DNA of 64,000 bases from a virus. Taxonomy: Duplodnaviria; Caudoviricetes. Both the position numbers and the translations under genes were made by a program. Below the pieces are notes generated by a model. It saw only the letters and a program-made list of their open reading frames with translations. It was not told the DNA's origin and made no database searches. Where the stretch lies: positions 1-64,000 of IMG/VR virus record IMGVR_UViG_3300028591_000176; one strand, written 5' to 3'. This document shows positions 56,671-64,000 of the stretch, piece by piece; the first letter of the stretch is position 1; every line of letters begins with the position of its first letter.

Positions 56671-57098
56671 CCTTTTTTCTTCCTCATTTCATTTATACCG
56701 TTTATAATCGACTGTTCTGCAAGTGGCATGCGTTCGACGTAGAGGTTTAATCGGTGCTTGTCTTTTCCAAGAATAGCATCCCACACGCCGATGATGGAAT
56801 ATTTGATTCGCAAGAAAAAGAACTCGCCTCTATATGCAACAACGTTGTCATCAGCGGTCTTTTTCATGTACACTTCCCATTGTGGTGTACGCTTTCTTGT
56901 GTAATAGCTTTGCGTGTTGATGTCGTATTGCATAATATCATTACGCTTTAGCCACAGGTAGCTATTCCCGTCATCTTTAAAGTAGACGGCGTTAATAGGC
57001 GATATATCAACGCCATCTACTGCAAGCCTGCCTTCATACTGACCGCCAGACTTGCGCTCTACGAAACCATTTATATAGCCATACTCGTCATTACTCAT
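56667..57098 (-). CDS. Hypothetical protein
   Basis: Packed ORF; ATG at 57098 preferred. Confidence 0.7.
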   Translation of the reverse strand: MSNDEYGYINGFVERKSGGQYEGRLAVDGVDISPINAVYFKDDGNSYLWLKRNDIMQYDINTQSYYTRKRTPQWEVYMKKTADDNVVAYRGEFFFLRIKYSIIGVWDAILGKDKHRLNLYVERMPLAEQSIINGINEMRKKKG

Positions 57099-57486
57099 AG
57101 TCCTCTTCCGTAAGCTCCCAGTTGTCGCAGCATTCAAGCAACCATTTTAGTCGTTCTGGGACTTTAGTGCCGCCTTTCTCGCGCGACTCAATATCCTTCT
57201 CGACATAGCTCTTTAGCTCTGCAATAAGCTCCAATGGTGTCATGTACTGGTTATGGAACTCTTCCTTCCAGACCGTTTGTGACGTGTCATCCCATTTGTC
57301 GCAATAACCAACGCCATCATCATCTCCACAATCGCAACACGGAATATAATTATCCGTTGTAATGGTCGTCTCTCTTTGTAGTCCAAACGAAGCTAGAATT
57401 TCAAAGTCATGTTCTGGTATTACAGGTTCGTTCCAAGGAGCATCAGGCGTGTCTGCTCCGTACGGGTAATCATAATTGTTGTACAT
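57091..57486 (-). CDS. Hypothetical acidic protein
   Basis: YPYGADTPDAPWNE motif; A-rich start context at 57486. Confidence 0.7.
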   Translation of the reverse strand: MYNNYDYPYGADTPDAPWNEPVIPEHDFEILASFGLQRETTITTDNYIPCCDCGDDDGVGYCDKWDDTSQTVWKEEFHNQYMTPLELIAELKSYVEKDIESREKGGTKVPERLKWLLECCDNWELTEEDYE

Positions 57487-57512
57487 AATATTGTTGTTTT
57501 TATGGTTAGAAA

Positions 57513-58637
57513 TCAATTTATAAGCATTGGCATGATTAGCGAGAGATATTCGTCTTTATTGTCGCCATAGCATACGGCTGCACGGCTAGGCTCTGTCATT
57601 TCGATGGTCACATACGTTGCATCTATGCTTTGCAGAAGCAGGAGAAGAATAGACCCCTTAAAGCCAATCAAAAGGTCTTCACCCCTATACGAACACAAGA
57701 CTGTTTCATGTGCCGACTTGCTGAAATCGAAATCCTCTGCGCTGACAACGACTTTTTGGTCACCAAACTGCAAAGCCACAAGCTCGCTCTTTTCATTTCC
57801 CATAGGAAGCACACGGCGCAGGGCGGCAATCATATCACCACGGCTGATAGTAGCCACAGCCTTACATTCTTTCGGGATAACACGATTATAGTCAGGATAA
57901 CGACCTTCAATAAGCCTTGCCGTAAGCTTGAAAGACTCATTGCTTATAACAACAGCCTTGTCCGTGAACTCAATCTTTACGTCACCATCCGTTGTGCTTA
58001 ACACCGACATTGCAATGTTTGCGGGTTTCTTTGGCAGCGTAAACGACGACTGTCCTTCGGCAGTAATGCTAACAGCCGAATCACAATACCGTGCAAGCTT
58101 CTGCCCATCGCTAGAGGCTGTTATAATAGCATTAGGCATAATATCGAAATGAATGCCGTTCATTACAGGACGAAGCTCATCATTAGCCGTAGCAAACCCA
58201 ACCTTCTCAATGTCACGAAGAAGATTTTTGCTATAGATAATATAGATAATCTGTGTGGTTGAATTTTCCATCGTCGCCATTGACATAGGAAATTCATCTG
58301 CGTTTTCATACGGCATGGAGAAACGACCGTTGTTGTAATGGCATGTGATGGTGTTGTTTTCGTTGATAACCATCCTTACGCTGTCATCATCAAGGTTACG
58401 TAATGCCAGAAGGAAATCATGCGCGTTGATACAAATCTTTGCTTCACCTTCCTGCTCTTTGATTGGGCATTTCACGCTAAGCCACACCTCACTGTCGCTT
58501 GTCGTAAGAATAGCCTTATCGGGATAGATGTGCATAAGCACATTATCGAGGATAGGCAATGCGTTTTTGTTACTCACCACCTTTGCGACCAGTGCCAACC
58601 GTGGTGTCATTTCTTTTGCTTCAAATATTACTTCCAT
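57513..58637 (-). CDS. dnaN: DNA polymerase III beta sliding clamp (phage-encoded)
   Basis: 374 aa; NALPILDNVL, RPVMNGI, SSDGQKL, LIEGRYPDYNRVIP, IGFK and C-terminal LIMPM are DnaN signatures. Confidence 0.92.
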   Translation of the reverse strand: MEVIFEAKEMTPRLALVAKVVSNKNALPILDNVLMHIYPDKAILTTSDSEVWLSVKCPIKEQEGEAKICINAHDFLLALRNLDDDSVRMVINENNTITCHYNNGRFSMPYENADEFPMSMATMENSTTQIIYIIYSKNLLRDIEKVGFATANDELRPVMNGIHFDIMPNAIITASSDGQKLARYCDSAVSITAEGQSSFTLPKKPANIAMSVLSTTDGDVKIEFTDKAVVISNESFKLTARLIEGRYPDYNRVIPKECKAVATISRGDMIAALRRVLPMGNEKSELVALQFGDQKVVVSAEDFDFSKSAHETVLCSYRGEDLLIGFKGSILLLLLQSIDATYVTIEMTEPSRAAVCYGDNKDEYLSLIMPMLIN

Positions 58638-58774
58638 AATTCTTTTGTTTATGTTGAACGTAAAAAGTGTCTTTTAAAAAGCCTACTACTTTCGCAAGCC
58701 TCGGCTTCGGAAAAAATGTGTACTGAAAAATCCTAAACTTAAAACAACAATAATATAATAAGATGAAATGGCAT

Positions 58775-59056
58775 TTAGCTCTTTCCTCCGCGCGCCCTGC
58801 GGTCGCCAGCAGTGTCCGACTTACTACCACGGTTTGTAGAAGACTTCTTGTACACAAGTCCATGCTTCGTGTGCGACAAGTCTTTTCCTTTCCGTGATGC
58901 TTTTCCGTACTTGCGGTCGTGCTGACGATTCTTAACCGTAAGCTCTGAACGCTTTTTGCGCTGTTCCGCTTTTTTATTAAACTTCCTATTGTACGCATTC
59001 TTCTTTGCTCTTGCTCTTGGATGCGTGCGATAGTATCTTGCAGACCTGCTGACCAT
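58775..59056 (-). CDS. Very basic small protein, possibly degenerate HNH-like
   Basis: Arg/Lys-rich; GKDLSH...NRG resembles minimal His-Me finger proteins. Confidence 0.5.
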   Translation of the reverse strand: MVSRSARYYRTHPRARAKKNAYNRKFNKKAEQRKKRSELTVKNRQHDRKYGKASRKGKDLSHTKHGLVYKKSSTNRGSKSDTAGDRRARGGKS

Positions 59057-59061
59057 TGCTA

Positions 59062-59454
59062 TTAGAATTTTTGATGTTTAAACTCTTCTACTTTTTCATT
59101 AAGCTCGCTTTTCAGCGAACCAAGATGTTCAAAGCTTTCTTTCGGCATCCGTGGCGCACCTGCATGCCATGCTTTTAAGTTCATACCGCGCAAGTTGTAT
59201 TCTGTACACTTGCTATTATATTCTAGCCATTCGGTATATTCATTTTTTGTGACATCATTCTTTACGCAAAAGATAATGTCATCCATGCTGATGAATAGCC
59301 AGTCTATGCAAGCATACAGCCCGCCAATCTCGTCGCCAACCCAATAGCCATATTCGCTATCTAGTTCCCAATTCTGCAAGAGGGCGTTAAGGTAGTTTGT
59401 TACCGACCTTTCGTATTCCTCTTGCAGCAGTGCTTTATGTGCTTTGGTTATCAT
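59062..59454 (-). CDS. Hypothetical protein
   Basis: ATG at 59454 adjacent to the dUTPase stop. Confidence 0.7.
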   Translation of the reverse strand: MITKAHKALLQEEYERSVTNYLNALLQNWELDSEYGYWVGDEIGGLYACIDWLFISMDDIIFCVKNDVTKNEYTEWLEYNSKCTEYNLRGMNLKAWHAGAPRMPKESFEHLGSLKSELNEKVEEFKHQKF

Positions 59455-59455
59455 A

Positions 59456-59920
59456 TTACTTTCCGCTAGAACCATACGAATCCAATCCCCTATCTGAGCC
59501 AGAAAGACTATCAGACTCAACAAACTCAATCTCTGGGTATGGCATAATTACTATCTGACCAATGCGCTCTCCGACACGATAGTCCCTGTCTTCATTTCGC
59601 CTTAGATACACAGAAGGCTCCCACATGGTGGCAAAAGACCAATGTTGTTTAAACTTGAAAGAAATCTCGCCCCTAAAACCACTGTCCACGACTCCAACCG
59701 AGTTGCTTAAAAGCAAATCTTTTTGTGCGTTGCTTGAACGCGGGAATACAAGACCAACGTAGCCTTTAGGTATCTCGAACGCGATGCCACAACCATAGAC
59801 AATATTTCCGTCATTATCATGGCTCATGGAATGAGCGTACAAATCGTAGCCAGCATCGGTATCATGAGCCTTTGTCGGCAATATCGAATCGTTATATAAC
59901 TTTTTAATTCTTACCTTCAT
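59456..59920 (-). CDS. dut: Trimeric dUTPase
   Basis: AGYDL, PRSS, GVVDSGFRGE, RIGQ and RG..SYGSSG motifs; start MKVRIKKL at 59920. Confidence 0.93.
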   Translation of the reverse strand: MKVRIKKLYNDSILPTKAHDTDAGYDLYAHSMSHDNDGNIVYGCGIAFEIPKGYVGLVFPRSSNAQKDLLLSNSVGVVDSGFRGEISFKFKQHWSFATMWEPSVYLRRNEDRDYRVGERIGQIVIMPYPEIEFVESDSLSGSDRGLDSYGSSGK

Positions 59921-60572
59921 CTGCCTGCTCCTCCATTGCACTTTCAAGTTCCTGTTCCTGAATGGCATTGATGTTCTCTTGCATGACCTGTTCGTCAGTC
60001 TTCTTTTCAAACAACGTACGCTCATTCATGTTGGCGGTAAACTCTTGCATCAGTTCGCCAATGCGATTGATGAATGACTTGTTTGTGACATCATCCGTTT
60101 TCTCTGACAGAACGATGCTGTTACGCGCGATGTTATGCAGGTAGTCCTCATACACAAGGAATGATTCAACTTCCGACTCGCCGATAAGGAATAGCGGCTG
60201 GAAGATGTTAAAGAGCCACCAGTCAACAAACGTGGCAATATTATATTCTGCTTGCTCCGCCTTATCCTTTAGCGTTGCCAATAGCTTTGAAAACGAAAGG
60301 CCGTTTTCGGTAAGGCAATCGTTATCTAACGTAATATCCACAAGCCTACTTATATACAAGTACGGGCGACTAATGCCAGTATTTGTGATGTGTGAAAACA
60401 GGTGGCGGTGGTATCCAGTTTCGACAACCGCCGTGTCGCTCGTTACAGTAAGGCGCAAGCCTTTGTCGCTAAAGAACACAGACTTGGTATCCTTGTCTTT
60501 TTCAACAAAGACGACGGCCTGCTTGATTCGTCTTTCAAGCTGTGCCTTTGTCTCTTTCTTTTGTTCTCGCAT
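59904..60572 (-). CDS. Hypothetical protein
   Basis: Long ORF; ATG at 60572 follows the stop of the upstream small ORF. Confidence 0.75.
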   Translation of the reverse strand: MREQKKETKAQLERRIKQAVVFVEKDKDTKSVFFSDKGLRLTVTSDTAVVETGYHRHLFSHITNTGISRPYLYISRLVDITLDNDCLTENGLSFSKLLATLKDKAEQAEYNIATFVDWWLFNIFQPLFLIGESEVESFLVYEDYLHNIARNSIVLSEKTDDVTNKSFINRIGELMQEFTANMNERTLFEKKTDEQVMQENINAIQEQELESAMEEQADEGKN

Positions 60573-60573
60573 T

Positions 60574-60720
60574 TTAACTTCCATGACTTTCAAGTTCTTT
60601 AATTCTTGCTTCTATTTGTTTTATCGCATTTTCTATCGTGCAGGTAGGATAGCTCTTTATTACATCTTTCAGCACGGACACCTGTGCCCGAAGCCTTAAT
60701 AATCCATAGTCCATCGTCAT
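60574..60720 (-). CDS. Small hypothetical protein (48 aa)
   Basis: Hand-translated MTMDYGLLRLRAQVSVLKDVIKSYPTCTIENAIKQIEARIKELESHGS; fills the gap exactly. Confidence 0.6.
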   Translation of the reverse strand: MTMDYGLLRLRAQVSVLKDVIKSYPTCTIENAIKQIEARIKELESHGS

Positions 60721-61247
60721 ACCTGTTTGTTCGTGTCCGAGTAAATAACTGACAAGCGCATAAGCAACCCTTCGTGTGTCGTTGGTATTCTTCCGCGAAT
60801 CTTATTCTTCTTGTTGTGTGCCTCGATAAAAGCGCGTGCTTCGCTATCGTTGTTGATGAAATCAAAATAGTACTCATGCTCTGGCATTACAACACCATCA
60901 TCGACTCCTTCGTTGACAATATCATTTACCTCGTTCAGGATTTGCTGCGCACGTTTCTTGGACTCTTCATCCAAGTCTAGCGTATCAATGTCCTCTACCT
61001 GTGTCATATAGTTTGGTACTACATACACTTGGCTAATGCTAACAAAAGGCTCTAGACCGAACGTTTTCTTTATACGTACGCTATCGTCCTTTTCCGCATT
61101 GAATGTAGCCACGGCATAAGCCTGCTTCCCGCTATACAGATTTACAACAGCAACACCGCGTTCAAACGATGTCACTCCGTCGTGTATCTTTTTGGGTATG
61201 CTAGGCAAACCTAGATATTCAAGTATTTCTTTTTCGTATACTATCAT
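60717..61247 (-). CDS. Hypothetical protein (176 aa)
   Basis: First ORF after the promoter at 61339-61370. Confidence 0.75.
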   Translation of the reverse strand: MIVYEKEILEYLGLPSIPKKIHDGVTSFERGVAVVNLYSGKQAYAVATFNAEKDDSVRIKKTFGLEPFVSISQVYVVPNYMTQVEDIDTLDLDEESKKRAQQILNEVNDIVNEGVDDGVVMPEHEYYFDFINNDSEARAFIEAHNKKNKIRGRIPTTHEGLLMRLSVIYSDTNKQV

Positions 61248-61338
61248 TGTTTTTTTTCTTTTATTAAAACGCTACTACGTTTCGCAACGGTTCGCGCAAC
61301 TATTCCAATTAAAAAAATATATGAGATATAAAACGATG

Positions 61339-61370
61339 CAAAGATACTAATAATATCTTTAAGTTCCAAA
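61339..61370 (-). promoter_or_regulatory. Consensus Bacteroidota promoter, leftward
   Basis: Minus-strand TTTG, 20-nt spacer, TATCTTTG. Confidence 0.8.
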
Positions 61371-61388
61371 TTTTTAACCTTTTTTATG

Positions 61389-61613
61389 TCATAAAACGCT
61401 TTTTAGCTTTTTTATTCTAGCCAATCCTTCATTTGTCGGCTTGCCTCTATCATCACAAGGAACAAGCACTTCGGTTCTGTCGTTTACTTTTACCCAGCGG
61501 TATCCTTTGCTGAGTTTTTCTTTTTCTTGGCGTTTAGCTTTTTCTAGCGCGCGTCTGTCTGCATCTGTCACGGTTCTATTGACATGTGTTGCAATCCAAT
61601 TTGTTTCGTTCAT
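61389..61613 (-). CDS. Hypothetical basic protein (74 aa)
   Basis: ORF at the end of the upstream leftward run. Confidence 0.65.
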   Translation of the reverse strand: MNETNWIATHVNRTVTDADRRALEKAKRQEKEKLSKGYRWVKVNDRTEVLVPCDDRGKPTNEGLARIKKLKSVL

Positions 61614-61641
61614 TTTCTTGTCGGTTTAATGTTGTTGTGTT

Positions 61642-62763
61642 TTACACTCTGTCTTTTAGGGATTTGAGCCAGTCAAGAAATTTGTCATAAGTTTTCCACT
61701 CATATTCTTTAGCATCGTGTTTGTTTGCTAAAATTTCATCCCGAATACCTTGCAAAGTTCTTTCATCCTCTTCACTCCACTCAGCAGGCTTCTTTCTAAC
61801 AGGTTCATAAAGTTCCCATTCATCTTGTTTTGTAATATCACAGATAATTCTGTCTTTGTACCAATACTTTCCACCTGTAATATTAGTAATTATAAATGAG
61901 CCAAAATCGTTAATATCAGAATTATGCTTTTTAATAATAGTATTACCAATATGGAAAATAGGAACAACAATCTTCTTCAACTCTTTCTTCTCGGAATCCC
62001 ACTCATATCCTGCTTCTTTCATTCTTTGGAACAAAAGTTCACGTTGTTCTTTGGTGGCTGGATGAATATCCATTTTATCTTGTTCTGTTAGTGAATAAAG
62101 ACTATCCATTATAAATCTTTTACCATCATAGCAACAATGATAAACAAAACCGCCAAAGGTTGGCTCTTGTTTAGTGCAATTTTTAATATCGTGCTTATAT
62201 AGTGAAATTTCATCTTTATAAAAAAGCACATCACCATCCTTTGCATCTTCGATAGCCCAATAACGGAAATAGTCAGATGCTTTACCATCATGCCTATTAA
62301 TAAATCGACACCCATCTTCGCCTTTTATAACATTATCTTTTTCTGCTTGATATGTTTTGCCTTTAATCGCAATAATTTTACCTCTTAAAGTATATGTCTG
62401 AGTGCATACATACCACTTCCCTTCTTCAATTTCAAATTTTGGTTCAACCTTATTAATAGATTTTCCGAAATATGGATCAATACTATTGTAATCCTTAACG
62501 TCAGAGTCATTCTGCTCACCTTGCCTTTCAAGCCAAGCAATACTTTTTAGAATCATCAATTCTAAATCATGTGGGTTGTTAACATCTGATTTAAGTTCAA
62601 GTTGAGTGACAATCCACTTTCTTATCTTCTCATCCTCAGACTCAGCAAGTTCGGGAAACATTTCTTCTTTCAAAGACTGTGAAAACATTATGTTTTCGCC
62701 ATCATATTTATGTAAAACTTTTAAAGCCTCGTCATAGGCTTTTGCTTTTTGTTCTTGTGTCAT
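61642..62763 (-). CDS. Mosaic hypothetical protein (373 aa)
   Basis: Short modules ESEDEKIRK, WAIEDAKDGDVL, IHPATKEQRELLF and WSEEDE; AT-rich. Confidence 0.75.
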   Translation of the reverse strand: MTQEQKAKAYDEALKVLHKYDGENIMFSQSLKEEMFPELAESEDEKIRKWIVTQLELKSDVNNPHDLELMILKSIAWLERQGEQNDSDVKDYNSIDPYFGKSINKVEPKFEIEEGKWYVCTQTYTLRGKIIAIKGKTYQAEKDNVIKGEDGCRFINRHDGKASDYFRYWAIEDAKDGDVLFYKDEISLYKHDIKNCTKQEPTFGGFVYHCCYDGKRFIMDSLYSLTEQDKMDIHPATKEQRELLFQRMKEAGYEWDSEKKELKKIVVPIFHIGNTIIKKHNSDINDFGSFIITNITGGKYWYKDRIICDITKQDEWELYEPVRKKPAEWSEEDERTLQGIRDEILANKHDAKEYEWKTYDKFLDWLKSLKDRV

Positions 62764-62775
62764 AATTACAAATAT

Positions 62776-63000
62776 TTAATCTAAATCGTAAATTTCATCA
62801 TTTGGTAATACCATAACGCCAAAGAATCTGAATGGATAGGAATTAATTCTTTGCCACCATACATTTTTAGTTGTGGTCATAAAACTATACCATCTAAACC
62901 AATGATATTTTTTTGCCCATATTAATTTAAAGCACCACGCTTTTGCTCCGAAACATAAAGCTGGCCATTCATGTATATATGCAAAACCGAATAGTTTCAT
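62776..63000 (-). CDS. Small aromatic-rich hypothetical protein
   Basis: Packed ORF. Confidence 0.5.
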   Translation of the reverse strand: MKLFGFAYIHEWPALCFGAKAWCFKLIWAKKYHWFRWYSFMTTTKNVWWQRINSYPFRFFGVMVLPNDEIYDLD

Positions 63001-63002
63001 AA

Positions 63003-63374
63003 TTACAATAATTTTCGTTCATGTAATTTTATTATCATCTCATAACAAGCATCAACAAAATAATCACACATATCAGTTTCTATACTTTCAAAATCCCTAT
63101 AAGGGTCTGTATATACAAGTTGGTACACATTGTCCTCTTTGTAAATTTGCAAGTACGATGAATTACCATCATTATCGAACAACTCATAAGGAAGTTGCTC
63201 AAGCAATGCTGCAAGACTCCAAGCCCTAACACAAGTATCATCAAATTGTTCATCCATAACCATTGGATAATACTCATGCTTCTGAACATCATAGTCCCAA
63301 TACATATCCGCACTTTCAAGTGGCAGTATCTCTGCCAGCTTCTTTGACTGTTCTAAATCTGTATAACTCTTCAT
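63003..63374 (-). CDS. Hypothetical protein, paralogue A
   Basis: MKSYTDLEQS...LPLESAD...AWSLAALL. Confidence 0.75.
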   Translation of the reverse strand: MKSYTDLEQSKKLAEILPLESADMYWDYDVQKHEYYPMVMDEQFDDTCVRAWSLAALLEQLPYELFDNDGNSSYLQIYKEDNVYQLVYTDPYRDFESIETDMCDYFVDACYEMIIKLHERKLL

Positions 63375-63769
63375 AATAAGTTCTGTTCTTTAAGCCAAAT
63401 AATCATATTTACGCAAGCATCAATAGGATTGTCTGCTGGTATTGTCTCGATGATGTAGTCATCAGTAGATTCTCCCTCTTTCTCATAGCAGCAGAGCCAT
63501 GAGCTTGTATAGTTGCCTTTTACATCGTAATAGCCAAAGCTAAGGCTGACGCAAGAGCCTTCTTTTTTGGGGAAGGTGTTCATTAGTGCTGCCAAAGACC
63601 ATGCTGGAATCACGACCTCTGGACTTGCCCATTCTGTGCCAGTTACCAAGATGTCATCCCATTCCTTTGTTGTCGGGTTTAAGATGGATTCGTAAAATCC
63701 ATCCGCACTTTCAAGTGGGAGGAACTTTCCCAAGGTTATGGACTGAGAGAGTGATGTGTATGCTTTCAT
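63371..63769 (-). CDS. Hypothetical protein, paralogue B
   Basis: MKAYTSLSQS...LPLESAD...AWSLAALM. Confidence 0.75.
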   Translation of the reverse strand: MKAYTSLSQSITLGKFLPLESADGFYESILNPTTKEWDDILVTGTEWASPEVVIPAWSLAALMNTFPKKEGSCVSLSFGYYDVKGNYTSSWLCCYEKEGESTDDYIIETIPADNPIDACVNMIIWLKEQNLL

Positions 63770-63957
63770 CTTATTGCTCTTTTAAGTTGGGTTATAAATA
63801 TCTCCGTTGATTCAAGGGCTTTGTAGATAGTAGCCCAGTCTCCTTCTGCCTCTGCTGTGTGTATGGCAGCAAGGCATTCTAGGTTTTCATCGTATATCTT
63901 GGCAAGCAGTTTAACAGCCATCTTGCGTTTGTTGTTGCGTGTCTCTTCTGTTGTCAT
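63766..63957 (-). CDS. Hypothetical protein (63 aa)
   Basis: Packed ORF with 4-nt overlap. Confidence 0.6.
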   Translation of the reverse strand: MTTEETRNNKRKMAVKLLAKIYDENLECLAAIHTAEAEGDWATIYKALESTEIFITQLKRAIR

Positions 63958-64000
63958 AGCTTTCCTTTCTTATTTCAATTTTCAAAATATCATCCTTATA

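Noticed and set aside
1-64000. Stop-codon reassignment as seen in some gut phages
   Set aside because: Core genes (TMP, hub, TerL, capsid) are uninterrupted in the standard code and coding density is high.
1-64000. tRNA, rRNA, introns or inteins
   Set aside because: No cloverleaf or rRNA-like segment was recognised by eye. TerL, helicase and DnaN have ordinary lengths with no splice motifs. tRNAscan-SE and Infernal would be needed to exclude these formally.

Overview
The window is 64 kb of a tailed dsDNA phage genome, siphovirus-like (tape measure, tail tube, frameshifted tail chaperone, no sheath gene). The host is most likely Bacteroidota (Bacteroidales/Prevotella-like), judged from repeated TTTG-N19-21-TAnnTTTG promoters and A-rich translation starts. 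Left to right: (i) leftward early genes, including a partial serine recombinase and a MoxR-like AAA+/vWA-like pair; (ii) a ~2.1 kb non-coding control region carrying three host-type parS palindromes, an AT-rich tract and a G-tract; (iii) a rightward replication/modification module (SSB, two orphan DNA methyltransferases both ending QLTLF, initiator, primase-helicase); (iv) virion genes split divergently at ~30.5 kb, with scaffold, capsid, neck, tail tube and TMP leftward and TerL, portal, lysis, tail fibre, tail hub and receptor-binding genes rightward; (v) a DGR-type variable region at the end of a receptor-binding gene, with no RT or template repeat seen in the window; (vi) a separately promoted operon of unknown function led by a Gly-rich CCCE protein; (vii) leftward genes including a NUMOD4-HNH endonuclease, RusA-like resolvase, a phage-encoded beta sliding clamp and dUTPase. 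The best leads are parS sites without ParB, clamp-binding motifs on the methyltransferases plus a phage clamp, two kissing-loop 5' leaders, the CCCE operon, the orphan DGR target and selective Shine-Dalgarno use. All functional calls come from motif recognition by eye; no database searches were run.
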